Shown here: positions 1 through 9,347 of the stretch, piece after piece
Layout: every line of letters begins with the position of its first letter
Position numbering within the stretch: position 1 is the first letter of the stretch
Assembly: GCA_965208835.1 (NCBI GenBank)
Contig: OZ242358.1
Span: forward strand, 1,824,001-1,888,000
DNA length: 64,000 nucleotides
Direction of reading: 5' to 3'
Origin: Candidatus Latescibacterota bacterium
Lineage (GTDB): Bacteria > Latescibacterota > UBA2968 > GCA-2709665
Notes under the pieces: model-generated
What the model was told of the DNA's origin: nothing
What the model saw: only the letters and a program-made list of their open reading frames with translations
Database searches by the model: none
Position numbers and translations under genes: made by a program

Positions 1-212
1 GGGCGCACGAACAGGCCTTCTCCCCAGGATTCCAGGAATTGTCCGTCCCGGTCGAACACGATGACCGGATGTTCACCCCGGTTGAACACGTAGACCCGGT
101 CGTCCGGGCCCACAGCCACGTCCACCACCTCCTTAAACCGCCAACCGCCGGGCAGACGCGCCCAATCGGTTCGTTCCTCATACCGGTATTCGCCGCTGCC
201 GAGTAGCGCCAT
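1..212 (-). CDS. NHL-repeat beta-propeller protein (peptidyl-alpha-hydroxyglycine alpha-amidating lyase-like); 3' end runs off the window
   Basis: Manual translation from ATG at 212: MALLGSGEYRYEERTDWARLPGGWRFKEVVDVAVGPDDRVYVFNRGEHPVIVFDRDGQFLESWGEGLFVRP, a typical NHL/PAL-family N-terminus. Confidence 0.8.
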   Translation of the reverse strand, partial: MALLGSGEYRYEERTDWARLPGGWRFKEVVDVAVGPDDRVYVFNRGEHPVIVFDRDGQFLESWGEGLFVR

Positions 213-233
213 AGGTCAACCCTTTCGCCGTGG

Positions 234-410
234 TTAATGGAAATACCGAACCGCGGTCGTCCGCCAGGCGTAATCACGGGATCCGCGTTGTTTCTGAGAT
301 TCATACAACCATTCGATCACCGTCCAGTATACGCCTGCCCACTCCGGCGTGTCAACCGTTACCGGCGTCGCCGGCGCGGGGTCGGTCGCCGTCTCCGGGG
401 TACGCGCCAT
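234..410 (-). CDS. small hypothetical protein (58 aa, Trp/Tyr-rich)
   Basis: MARTPETATDPAP...WTVIEWLYESQKQRGSRDYAWRTTAVRYFH; co-oriented and close to the NHL gene; no family recognised. Confidence 0.4.
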   Translation of the reverse strand: MARTPETATDPAPATPVTVDTPEWAGVYWTVIEWLYESQKQRGSRDYAWRTTAVRYFH

Positions 411-526
411 CCCGTTACGGCCCACAATTTCCTTGTCTGCGAAAATGCACGGCGCTATCTTTTGCCGCAGGACGTTTCGACAGACTCCGAATTGTTCAAC
501 ACGGCTCAAGACCGGAAACCGAAAAC

Positions 527-799
527 GTGAATATCTCACCTGTGCAGGTCGCGTACCGCGGATTCCAGTGCGACCTCTCCGACGCGCGCATTCTGAACCG
601 CATCCAGCGGGCGCTGAATGAGGGAAGGGTAAAACGCCCCCCGTTCACGCGCTGGCCGGGGGGAGAACCGATTTCCGTTCACATCGGCGAGTCGCACCTG
701 GCGAACTGGAGACGACAGTTTGAAGGTGGCGAGAAAGTGGACCTGCCTGCGGAACTGAAAGAAGAACTGAACGATATTCTTGGTGTGGTCCCGTCGTGA
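527..799 (+). CDS. hypothetical protein (~90 aa)
   Basis: 3' part of ORF 230..799 is protein-like; GTG at 527 chosen as start. Confidence 0.5.
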   Translation: MNISPVQVAYRGFQCDLSDARILNRIQRALNEGRVKRPPFTRWPGGEPISVHIGESHLANWRRQFEGGEKVDLPAELKEELNDILGVVPS

Positions 800-851
800 A
801 GGGAAACGCGAGCGTAGAATGAATGGCTCCCGGCGTCGCTCATAAAATGGT

Positions 852-978
852 GGTGAGAAGGAAGACGGTAGACGGGAGAGATTGCCTGCCTTGCGAGGAT
901 TCGTTTCGTGCCGAAGGCAAAAAGGAATATTGTACCGGGCGAAGATTTCTTCTCGCGTCTTACGTCTTGCGTCTACCC
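852..978. repeat. Heptamer-ended palindromic element, copy A
   Basis: Arms of GG/GTNAGAC/G 7-mers and complementary GTCTNCC 7-mers around core TGCCTGCCTTGCGAGG...TGCCGAAGGCA...GGGCGAAGATTTC; six copies in window. Confidence 0.85.
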
Positions 979-1013
979 GATTTTCTGCCTTTGATTTGGA
1001 AAAGGAGACCGCG

Positions 1014-1823
1014 ATGGATGACGAAGAGAGATATTTCTTCGACCTGAACGGCTATCTCGTGGTGGAGAACGCCCTCTCCTCCGAGGAAGTTGCCGCGTGC
1101 AACGAAGCGATAGACCGAAACGCCGACCGCATCCGGGAACGGCCGGAAGAACAATCCCTGTCGGGGAAATCCAGCACGCTCAAGGGCCAGCAGGGCCGCG
1201 GCGACCTGGGCGGAATGCTGACCTGGCCGAAGCCGTGGTGTCAGCCCTTCCGGGATCTCTTGACCCATCCGAATATCGTCCCGTACCTCAACGAACTGCT
1301 GCGTGAGGGCTTCCGCCTGGACCACGTCTACGGCATCATCATGCGCAAGGGTACGGAAGGACACGTGCTGCACGGCGGCGGCACCGCGGACGACCTGACC
1401 CATTTCTACCAGTTCCACAATGGAAGGATGCGCTGCGGTCTTACGGTTGTCGCCTGGATGTTCACGGACTGCGGACCTGGAGACGGCGGCTTTTCGTGCA
1501 TACCCGGAAGCCACAAGTCGAACTATCCCACGCCGCGGGGCGTGGCCCTGCTGGACCGGGACATCGGCGTGGTACGTCAGGTGGAAGCGAAGGCCGGCTC
1601 GGCCGTCATTTTCACCGAAGCCCTCACGCACGGCACGATGCCCTGGACGGCAGAACACCAGCGACGTTCCATCCTGTACAAGTACTCGCCAGGGCCGTTG
1701 ACCTATTCGAGAGTCCACGTACCTGTAGGCGTTGCCGAAGTGCTTGACGAGTTCACGCCGCAGCAGCGCGCCGTACTGGAGCCGCCTTACCGCCCGGCGC
1801 GCCCGACCGTATCGACCGGCTGA
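1014..1823 (+). CDS. phytanoyl-CoA dioxygenase family (Fe/2OG) protein
   Basis: YFFDLNGYLVVENAL, LHGG, IPGSHKSN, FTEALTHGT motifs; SD AAGGAG before ATG 1014. Confidence 0.9.
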   Translation: MDDEERYFFDLNGYLVVENALSSEEVAACNEAIDRNADRIRERPEEQSLSGKSSTLKGQQGRGDLGGMLTWPKPWCQPFRDLLTHPNIVPYLNELLREGFRLDHVYGIIMRKGTEGHVLHGGGTADDLTHFYQFHNGRMRCGLTVVAWMFTDCGPGDGGFSCIPGSHKSNYPTPRGVALLDRDIGVVRQVEAKAGSAVIFTEALTHGTMPWTAEHQRRSILYKYSPGPLTYSRVHVPVGVAEVLDEFTPQQRAVLEPPYRPARPTVSTG

Positions 1824-1888
1824 GCCCTGTCACTCCGGGTTCGAACACCCGGGTTGACGTTTCGACCTCCGGCAGCACGCCACGCAAA

Positions 1889-1917
1889 GGGCCCCGGTCC
1901 TCTCAGACAGGGGCCCG
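1889..1917. terminator. hairpin between convergent genes
   Basis: GGGCCCC GGTC...GAC AGGGGCCC inverted repeat. Confidence 0.5.
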
Positions 1918-1961
1918 AATCGTTGACTGACGGCGTCGAAGCCATTCTGTCGCCGATCAAT

Positions 1962-3110
1962 CTATAGATAGTTCACGCCGTACCACAGCGCGGGAATCGG
2001 GAACACCTCCGCCAGAACCTCGCCCGCACGACCTCCCGACTTCAGCAGGGCCTCTTCGGCGCCATCGAGCGTGCCGAATATCAACTGAATCGCCGCCCCC
2101 TGGTCGGGCGCCACCACTTGGTCGCCGCCATAGGAGAAGATCATCTCGTCGCCCTGCTGCCTGAAGACCAGGCTTTGCGCCTCCGTTTCACCTATTGCTT
2201 CAGCGAAATAGGGACGCATCCGCTCCATGAACTGCTCAAAGTTGATCAGCGTGACCGTCCCCGATGAATTTTCCGGCGTGCCGGTGAGTCCCCTGGACTG
2301 AAGGCATTCCTGGAACCATCTGTCGCAGCCCATGACGTGGACGCCGAGCGACTGGATGTCCAGCTCCCGGATGATCTTTCCAAGCGCACCGGTCAGGCAC
2401 CGGCGGTTTCCCGACGCCTCCTGCACGCTTATGCTGTCTCCCACTGCGCCGGGGTGCTGCACCATCACGTATCCGCGCATCATCCCTGCCTCACACACTT
2501 TGAACACCAGCGTGCGCCGGTTCATGACGAACCCGTCGAATGCGTGGGCGTAATCGGACAGCGGCCGCATCCACCGCACATGCTCCTCCCGGTATACGGA
2601 TGCCATCGCGGGCACGTCGTCGACGGTGGCCGCCAGCAGTTCCACGCCGTCGTCGTCAAAATCGCCGGCCCTTTCCGCGGGCACGGAGAATCCCCAGTCG
2701 CGGCCGACGTACCGGCAGCCGTACCGGTGGTACATCTTGCGATATCCGGATACCAGCATGAAATCCACCCCGTCCTCCCGGCAGACTCGCATCGTGTCTT
2801 CGAACAGGGCGGTTGCGTATCCCTTGCCGCGGTACTCTTCGTACGTGGCCACACCGCCCAGGGACGACGTGCGCACGGTGCATCCGAAAATGGACGCATT
2901 CCGCCGAAGCGCGCCGATATGGGACACGACCCGGCCGTCCACCACCACCACCCGCATTTCACCGGCGTGGGCCGGGGTGTAGAAGTGCGGGTATTCCTGG
3001 ACCAGTCCGGGCCGGAACACGGTGTGGACCAGTTCGGCGAGGCTCTCGAATTCATCGGGATGCAGGCTGCGCATGCCATCGCGCCATGAGGGTTCGGGTT
3101 CTCTGGGCAT
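1962..3110 (-). CDS. Eis-like GNAT acetyltransferase
   Basis: LGGVATYEEYRGKGYATALF acetyl-CoA motif, tandem GNAT length, C-terminal SCP2-like region. Confidence 0.8.
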   Translation of the reverse strand: MPREPEPSWRDGMRSLHPDEFESLAELVHTVFRPGLVQEYPHFYTPAHAGEMRVVVVDGRVVSHIGALRRNASIFGCTVRTSSLGGVATYEEYRGKGYATALFEDTMRVCREDGVDFMLVSGYRKMYHRYGCRYVGRDWGFSVPAERAGDFDDDGVELLAATVDDVPAMASVYREEHVRWMRPLSDYAHAFDGFVMNRRTLVFKVCEAGMMRGYVMVQHPGAVGDSISVQEASGNRRCLTGALGKIIRELDIQSLGVHVMGCDRWFQECLQSRGLTGTPENSSGTVTLINFEQFMERMRPYFAEAIGETEAQSLVFRQQGDEMIFSYGGDQVVAPDQGAAIQLIFGTLDGAEEALLKSGGRAGEVLAEVFPIPALWYGVNYL

Positions 3111-3243
3111 TCTGGCCTCCCTATGCCGGGGGACCGGCGGTCCCCGACAAGTCAGATGGTCTGTCAAAAATGGTTTGCAAAAACGAACTCGCCGGGCTCC
3201 GGGATAAACAGATGGGAACTCAACCCGTCTCCCGCGCCGGCGT

Positions 3244-4191
3244 TTACGCGGCCTCGTTATCCATGAACCCCGGCACGCTGAAATATCGTTCCGCCGAATC
3301 GCAGATCACCGTGGCCACGCGCCTGCCCTCGCCCAGCTGCTCCGCCACCCGGAGCGCGGCCCAGACGTTCGCGCCGGCCGAAATGCCACTCAGGATGCCC
3401 TCCTCGGCCGCAAGGCGTCTGGCTGCCTCGAACGCATCGGCTTCCGTGGCGCAGATCACGCGGTCGTAGATCTCCCGGTTCAGCACCTCGGGAACGAACC
3501 CCGCGCCGATGCCCTGTATGTCGTGAAGCCCCGGCGCGCCGCCGGACAGCACGTTGGAGCGCTGCGGTTCCACGGCCACCACCAATAGCCCCGGCAACTC
3601 CGCCTTCAGGACTTCGCCCACGCCGGTGATGGTGCCGCCGGTGCCCACGCCGGCCACGAACGCGTCCAGCCGCCCCTCCACCGCATCCAGGATCTCGCGC
3701 GCGGTTGTGCGCCGGTGTACATCGGGATTGGCGGGATTGGCGAACTGCTGCGGCATGAACGTGTCGCCGGGGGCTTCCCGCACGATGCGCATCGCCTCGT
3801 CCACGGCGCCCTGCATGTCCTCCGCGCCCGGCGTCAGCACCACTTCGGCCCCGAAGCTCTGCAGAAGGTCCCGCCTCTCGCGGCTCATGGAATCCGGCAT
3901 GGTCAGGACCAGGCGAAAACCCTTCGCCGCGGCCACGAGCGCCAGGCCGATACCCGTATTTCCACTGGTGGGTTCGACGATCGTCATGCCCGGTTTCAGG
4001 CTGCCGTCCCGCTCGGCCGCATCGATCATGGCGTACGCGATCCGGTCCTTCACCGAACAGACCGGGTTGCAGGCCTCCATCTTTACGGCCACGTCCGCCA
4101 TGCCCGGTTCCACCATCCGGTTCAGCCGAACCATCGGCGTGTCGCCGATCAGTTCTAGGATATCGTCCACCACCGCGTTGGCCGCTGGCAT
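3244..4191 (-). CDS. cysK: cysteine synthase A
   Basis: NPVCSVKDRIA PLP lysine, EPTSGNTGIG, GVGTGGT, IQGIGAGF. Confidence 0.95.
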   Translation of the reverse strand: MPAANAVVDDILELIGDTPMVRLNRMVEPGMADVAVKMEACNPVCSVKDRIAYAMIDAAERDGSLKPGMTIVEPTSGNTGIGLALVAAAKGFRLVLTMPDSMSRERRDLLQSFGAEVVLTPGAEDMQGAVDEAMRIVREAPGDTFMPQQFANPANPDVHRRTTAREILDAVEGRLDAFVAGVGTGGTITGVGEVLKAELPGLLVVAVEPQRSNVLSGGAPGLHDIQGIGAGFVPEVLNREIYDRVICATEADAFEAARRLAAEEGILSGISAGANVWAALRVAEQLGEGRRVATVICDSAERYFSVPGFMDNEAA

Positions 4192-4346
4192 GTTGGTCCT
4201 TTGTTACAAGATGGGACTGAAACCTTCCCCACGATAGGCCTGATAATCAATACACCAACAGGCACAAAAACACAAAAGGCAAGGGGCTTATATACATGAA
4301 TGGCTGACTCGCTGCTGCTGCTGCCGGCCTGCCCCACGAACGATGT

Positions 4347-4859
4347 CTATTCCAGCGCCTTCCCGTTGTCCCCGGAATCTTCAGTGACGCTTGTGCCTCT
4401 TGTGGCCACTCCCCCGCTCTCATCGCGGCCTGCCACGGCCTCGATCGCCATCTTCCCCAGCCGCTGAATGTCTTCCGCGATCGTTTCGTCCTCCAGGTCC
4501 GCGGGGCCGCACCACCGGTATCCCTCCGCCTCTGAGGCCGCCACCTTGAGGCTGCCGCCCGTCACCCGCGCGAAATAGATCAGGTCGACATGCTGGTGAT
4601 CGTCCGAAATCTGTTCCAGGAGGATGCACTCGGGGCGGCTTAATACGTCCACCGTGCCCATGCGGTAGCGGGGCGACAGCAGGTCCACCTCAAGACCGCA
4701 CTCTTCACGGACCTCGCGGACGGCCGCGTCGCACGGCAGTTCGTCTTCGTCGATATGCCCGCCCGGCGGAAGCCACAGCCGGAGCCGTTTGTGAAACAGC
4801 AACAACGTCCGGCCATCCCGAACGACGAACGTGGTTGCGGTGAAATCCCGGGTCGTCAT
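4347..4859 (-). CDS. NUDIX hydrolase
   Basis: PGGHIDEDELPCDAAVREVREECGL Nudix box. Confidence 0.9.
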   Translation of the reverse strand: MTTRDFTATTFVVRDGRTLLLFHKRLRLWLPPGGHIDEDELPCDAAVREVREECGLEVDLLSPRYRMGTVDVLSRPECILLEQISDDHQHVDLIYFARVTGGSLKVAASEAEGYRWCGPADLEDETIAEDIQRLGKMAIEAVAGRDESGGVATRGTSVTEDSGDNGKALE

Positions 4860-4907
4860 CGTTCCCAATATACTCTGCGGTCAGGTTGGGAGCAAAGTCA
4901 AAAACGA

Positions 4908-5110
4908 CCAGGATTAAGCAGGATTAGATCAGGATTAAGCAGGATTAAGGCAAATGCGGGGACGGGGAAACCCACCGAGATCCTGCTCGTGATGTGAGTC
5001 AACTGGGAAAAGCCTGACAGTATCAGGAATCACTGGATTAAACAGAATTAAGGCAGAGGCGAGGACAGGGAAACCGTCCGAATTCTTCCTGCCGAAGTGA
5101 GTCAACGTGG
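4908..5110. repeat. CAGGATTAAG periodic repeats plus diverged ~80-bp tandem duplication
   Basis: caggattaagcaggattagatcaggattaagcaggattaagg; units 4930-5007 and 5033-5110 share GGATTAA..CAG.ATTAAGGCA...GGAC.GGGAAACC...GTGAGTCAAC. Confidence 0.75.
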
Positions 5111-5202
5111 GCGACGGTTACGCTGACGACGCATCTCATGCCGGCTCCGGACTATGACCGCACTGTCCGTCATCCGCCTCGGCCAGTGAAGCAGCACATC
5201 CG

Positions 5203-5322
5203 CATCACTCCCCCCTTGAGGGGGAGTCGCAGAAGCCGAGCCGAACCCCTGCGGACACGCACTGGGTATGCCTGCGTTTAGCCGATCAAAGGGACCGGCG
5301 ACGGCTGATGCGGTGGAGGGAG
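5203..5322. repeat. REP-like palindrome
   Basis: ACTCCCCCCTTGAGGGGGAGT hairpin followed by a GCGGTGGAGGGG tail; single copy here. Confidence 0.45.
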
Positions 5323-5359
5323 TTCAAGGTCGAATTCTGTGACGCTTCAGGATCGGCTG

Positions 5360-5388
5360 TCATCCTGCCTATCCTGTTCATCCATGTA
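5360..5388. repeat. 9-bp-periodic motif ATCCTG..TATCCTGT..ATCCATGT (forward)
   Basis: Same motif at 6255, 7120, 7710 and 10976; reverse complement at 6735, 8394 and 8500. Confidence 0.85.
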
Positions 5389-5438
5389 AGATTGGGTTTT
5401 GCCTGTGGAGGCGGTAGGGGGGTATCGTCGATCTCGGG

Positions 5439-5819
5439 TTACCAGATGGTCTGCGGATAGAACGTCCGGATTCTTGAATCGGATGTGACGATGGGGCAGG
5501 CGTTGAGGCTGGCGGTTGCGACGATGGTGCGATCGGCAGGATCGCGATGGTCCCAATCGAGTTCGAGGTTTCCGATCCATGTTCGGACGCATACCGGCAG
5601 GATTTCGACGCGGTCGACTTGCTCGAGTCTACTGGTGAATTCGCGAATGGGTGCCGGGATAACCAGTTGTTGTTTCTTCACTTTAATTCCGATTTCCCAT
5701 ATAGAGATTGCGCTCAGGGCAATCCTGTCGGCGTCAGTGATGGCCTGCGTTGCTGCCGTAGACAACCGATCACGATCCAGCGTCCAGATTACAAGGGCCG
5801 AAGTGTCCAGCAGCACCAT
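5439..5819 (-). CDS. vapC: PIN-domain (VapC) toxin
   Basis: LLDTSALVIW, SAISIWEIGIK, HRDPADRTIVATA, IVTSD; TAATG overlap with the antitoxin. Confidence 0.9.
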   Translation of the reverse strand: MVLLDTSALVIWTLDRDRLSTAATQAITDADRIALSAISIWEIGIKVKKQQLVIPAPIREFTSRLEQVDRVEILPVCVRTWIGNLELDWDHRDPADRTIVATASLNACPIVTSDSRIRTFYPQTIW

Positions 5820-6049
5820 TACACGTCCGCCCATTCATCAGTGGTTGGCAGATTGATGTCTTCGTGATAGATCACGCCGCCCTGAATGTCGCCGAAAGCT
5901 TCTTCCACGGTCTTCTTGCGTGCAATAGGCAGAATGCGCAGCACCGGTCGACCGCGATCCGTGACGATCAGTTCTTCGCCGGAATCATCAAGTTCGCGAA
6001 AGATACGGAGCATTTGTGCTTTCAATTTGCTCTTTGAGATGGTTTGCAA
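5819..6049 (-). CDS. Phd/YefM family antitoxin
   Basis: ISKSKLKAQMLRIFRELDDSGEELIVTDRGRPVLRI; coupled upstream of the PIN gene. Confidence 0.88.
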   Translation of the reverse strand: MQTISKSKLKAQMLRIFRELDDSGEELIVTDRGRPVLRILPIARKKTVEEAFGDIQGGVIYHEDINLPTTDEWADV

Positions 6050-6066
6050 GGTTTCTCCTCAATTAA

Positions 6067-6098
6067 AGTTTATGACTATGGTCATGACTATAGTCAAT
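6067..6098 (-). promoter_or_regulatory. TA promoter with tandem palindromic operators
   Basis: TGACTATGGTCA and TGACTATAGTCA back to back, overlapping minus-strand TTGACT (-35) and TAAACT (-10). Confidence 0.65.
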
Positions 6099-6323
6099 AT
6101 ACACAAATGCAAACATCCGGTCAACGAATTTTCTGACATGGATTGACTACAGAATACTTTCCTTGTTTGACTATGATTTACTGTGATTGGGACAATGGAG
6201 GGATAGAGGGGGCAGGATGTACCTGGAGTCCGGGCGGCGTTTCGTTTTCGGCCTTTGTCCTGCCTATCCTGTGCATCCATGTTTCGTACGTCTTTGCACA
6301 GGCCGATAGCCAGAACTTTGCGC

Positions 6324-6545
6324 AGACCCAACCGCCACCGGCGTCAGTGTCATCTGCATTTACTCGCGCAGCCGGATCTTGATTTCGTCAACAGAAGCCG
6401 TGTCCAGGAACAACGCCAATTCCTTCTTGAGGTTTTCCCTGGATTCGGCTGCGGTCTTTCCCTGGCTCGCGATGTCCAACTCTGGGCAGAGCGCGACGTA
6501 CCCATCGCCCACGCGCTCGATAACTGCCGTCAACTGCCTGCTCAT
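6324..6545 (-). pseudogene. hicB: HicB-family antitoxin with a premature stop, followed by a decayed hicA start
   Basis: MSRQLTAVIERVGDGYVALCPELDIASQGKT...RLRE*, then in frame MQMTLTPVAVG resembling the usual VTQVEVAVG tail; the downstream LGLRKVL... is interrupted by a repeat. Confidence 0.65.
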
Positions 6546-6734
6546 CACCAACTCACGCAATCCCGACTCGATGAATTAACATGGATTCAACTGCATGAAG
6601 GAGAAGCATCCCGGCTTGCCAACGATTCGAGCGATTTCTGTATTATATATGATTATACGTGCGGTGGGTTCCCGGTTTTATCCTCTCGATCCTGTGTATT
6701 TTTTCTTGGTGGCCTTTCGCTACTAACAATGGCC

Positions 6735-7150
6735 TACATGGATGGACAGGATAAACAGGATTAGAACCTTGAAAATCGACTGCCCCAATCAAACCTATGC
6801 GACGGGAAAGCCAGTCAAAGCGGACCTTGAGCCCACTTAAACGTGGTCACTGAGCTTGCCTGCATTGCGTGTGCTGAGCCTGTCGAAGCAAGCTTGTCGA
6901 AATGTCGAAGTGTACGTGTTTCGGCACCCGTTCGACTCCCATGCACAGCCCTTCGCCGATCCCTTCGACAAGCTCAGGGAGCGGCTCCGGGCAAGGCTAA
7001 GGGCCTCAGTTTTGGAGACCACGGTATGGTTCACGTGCTACGGTGTCTCGGCCCCCACCATGTCTCGTGTCGTGCCCTGCCTGATTCCCCTGCTTGTCCC
7101 GCATTTGTGGTTTTCCGCCTTTATCCTGCCTATCCTGTGTATCCATGTTT
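6735..7150. mobile_element. ~415-bp non-coding composite element: 9-mer-periodic terminal inverted repeats enclosing a CCCTTCGACAAGCTCAGG REP-type arm
   Basis: TACATGGATGGACAGGATAAACAGGAT ... ATCCTGCCTATCCTGTGTATCCATGT; 6920-7150 is homologous to 10765-11005 and 6838-6990 to revcomp 57770-57877. Confidence 0.65.
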
Positions 7151-7290
7151 ATGGATCTATGAGTTGACATAAATGTGCGCGAACAGCCATAACGCGGCAG
7201 GAATGCGGCTGGCCAGCCGGCGATGTAGGTGGGGCTTTGATTCGGAGCGAAGAAGCGTTAAATTTGGCTAAAGATCCTGAGGAGATGAAT

Positions 7291-7581
7291 ATGCATATGA
7301 AAAATCCGCCGCATCCTGGACATTCGGTGCGTTACGATTGCCTGGAACCGCTTGGCTTGAGTGTCGCGGAAGCCGCACCAAAACTCGGTGTCGCCCGAAA
7401 ACACCTGTCTGATATCGTCAGCGGTCAGGCTGGCATCTCACCCGAGATGGCGATTCGCCTGGACAAGGCGTTCAGCGGCGGCGCGCAAACGTGGTACCGG
7501 ATGCAAGCCGCCTACGACCTCGCACAGGCCATGCAGAGGGCTGACGAGATACGCGTCGAGCGTCTTGTCATGCACGAGTGA
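7291..7581 (+). CDS. higA: HigA family antitoxin (orphan, no higB)
   Basis: MKNPPHPG...LGLSVAEAA...[10 protein letters not shown]...W..MQAAYDL. Confidence 0.9.
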   Translation: MHMKNPPHPGHSVRYDCLEPLGLSVAEAAPKLGVARKHLSDIVSGQAGISPEMAIRLDKAFSGGAQTWYRMQAAYDLAQAMQRADEIRVERLVMHE

Positions 7582-7740
7582 ATTCTGACTGTACTGACGA
7601 ATGCTAGTCGTCCACCCTGACATTCCGCCCATCCCACCATTCCGCCTTCCTCAATTTGAGTCAGATCCGCACGTGGTTATACTGGCTCGCCAGTTTATTG
7701 GTTTTCCGCCTTTATCCTGCCTATCCTGTGCATCCATGTT

Positions 7741-8352
7741 TCATGCTTTGTTTTGCGGATTGTCGCCGGATTGTTCCCACGCTTTCGTGAACGTCTCCGG
7801 TTCGACGCCGAGCGCATCGGCCACGCGGTTGATATAGTTGAAAAAGCCGATGATCTGGACCGCGTCGTGGATGGCGCGGTCGTCGAAGCCGTACTCACGC
7901 AGCCCGTCGATGTCCGCGGCCGTTGAAGCACGCGGATCCAGACTGAGCCCCTCCGCGAAGGCGCACAGCGCGCGGTCGGCGGCCGGCAGGTCGGCCCGGC
8001 GCCAGTCCGCGGCCAACTGATGCACCAGCCAGTCGGCTTCCTCGCCGTCCTCGACGTCGAACTCTCCGGCGACCTCGGCACGGAGGTCGTGGGCGTGAGA
8101 GCGTATTCAGTACACGCAGTGGTTCGCGGCCGAGACCACCACGGCGAGCATCTCCCGCCGCGCGCGGCTGAGGGGCGAGGGGCCGTGCATCAACGTGCCG
8201 TAGAAATCCAGCGAAGCCTTCATCGCCGGCGGATTCGGGCTCATTACGGAGACGATGCCCCAGATCCTTCCGGCACGCTTCAGCGCCGCGTCATACAGCT
8301 TCTTCAACAGGCCAGTGGCCCTATCCGGAGGAATAACATCGATATACGGCAT
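7741..8352 (-). CDS. AhpD-like peroxidase-related enzyme, probable selenoprotein (CVYU, in-frame TGA at 8107-8109)
   Basis: ORFs 8107..8352 and 7741..8025 share a frame and are joined by 27 sense codons; REMLAVVVSAANHCVY-U-IRSH, C-terminal FNYINRVADALG. Confidence 0.85.
8070..8089 (-). promoter_or_regulatory. candidate bacterial SECIS hairpin
   Basis: CGACCUC-CGUGCC-GAGGUCG perfect 7-bp stem starting 17 nt after the UGA, with GU in the apical loop. Confidence 0.7.
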
Positions 8353-8587
8353 CGTAAGACCCCCATTCCGCCACAGTCAAATCAAAAGCAACTTACATGG
8401 ATGAACAGGATGAGCAGGATAAAACTGCAAGAAACCACGAAATCAACGGAAGCAGTGAAAGCCATAAGAGACATAAAACCCCAAATCAAATCCGCTAAAC
8501 ATTGATGGAAAGGATGTACAGGAGGAAACCGGCGGTACAGTCTGCCATCCATCTTGCCAGAGAGTGTCGTTCAGGATTGCGCTTCAG

Positions 8588-8615
8588 AAAAAACCCACGC
8601 TTAGCGGACGTGGGT
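8588..8615 (-). terminator. intrinsic terminator downstream of the ATPase-DUF3226 pair
   Basis: Minus strand CCCACG-loop-CGTGGG followed by TTTTTT. Confidence 0.55.
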
Positions 8616-8736
8616 GTCAATAATGCGTGAGCAGTTGCGTAATCTCAGAAACTGTCTACCACCGGATTCTTCGAATAGATGCGCCAATTCTCCTTGTTGT
8701 TCGTTCAATCTGTTCAGCGTCTAGGGGCAGTGATCA

Positions 8737-9345
8737 TTATAGTATTCGTAGAAAATCACGGACATTCCGGAACGTGTCATGATTTAGATCCCAATAGCCG
8801 TTCATCGCTGCGACGCCTACAGAGTAGTGGGGATCTGGTTTGGTTGTGAGATAGGCATGGACACGGGCCTTGTCGGTATTTTTAATTGATACGCTTGCCG
8901 AGTCTTCCACACAAGTAAAGAAGCCATCAATGCATTGATCCACTGAGGTATCTGCGAAGCTTTCACAGATCAATGTTTCAAGCATACCGCGACGATTTTC
9001 GTCGGGAAGTATCAGCACCGTCACTGCCGGGTTGGGGTTAGAAGGCTCTCCGGACTTCTGCGGGATAGGCAATTTGACCTTCTTTAATGACGAACGGACG
9101 CTCTGAAATGCGCTTTTTGCAGACATTTCTGCATCGCGTACGATGCCGATACTTTGAACGGCGTCAAAATCCGGCATTTTAACGAATGCAAGCAGAAATC
9201 CGCTGAGTTCGTTCACGCCTCCGAAATTTTGAATCTGAATATTCTCTATGGATAGGTGCTCTACGAATGCTCTAAAGAAATTCCTTTGGTCATTGCCTTC
9301 AACGAGAAGCTGAATATCTGACTCGATTTCCTCTGCTTTTGGCAT
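8737..9345 (-). CDS. DUF3226-like TOPRIM-fold protein
   Basis: LLVEGNDQ..., FGG, IGIVRDAE, GMLETL, KARVHAYL, GYWDLNH; directly downstream of the ATPase; GC lower than flanks. Confidence 0.75.
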   Translation of the reverse strand: MPKAEEIESDIQLLVEGNDQRNFFRAFVEHLSIENIQIQNFGGVNELSGFLLAFVKMPDFDAVQSIGIVRDAEMSAKSAFQSVRSSLKKVKLPIPQKSGEPSNPNPAVTVLILPDENRRGMLETLICESFADTSVDQCIDGFFTCVEDSASVSIKNTDKARVHAYLTTKPDPHYSVGVAAMNGYWDLNHDTFRNVRDFLRIL

Positions 9346-9347
9346 GC

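Noticed and set aside
4908-5110. Possible CRISPR array
   Set aside because: Repeats are short periodic motifs or two diverged units with no constant repeat-spacer pattern; no cas genes in the window
6837-7172. Small ORFs with LSLSK/PFDKLR/ILPILCIHV peptides (also at 10730-11210 and 57282-57866)
   Set aside because: Translations of REP-type repeats, not genes
8588-8622. IS200/IS605 end hairpin
   Set aside because: No tnpA/tnpB remnant adjacent; adequately explained as a minus-strand terminator
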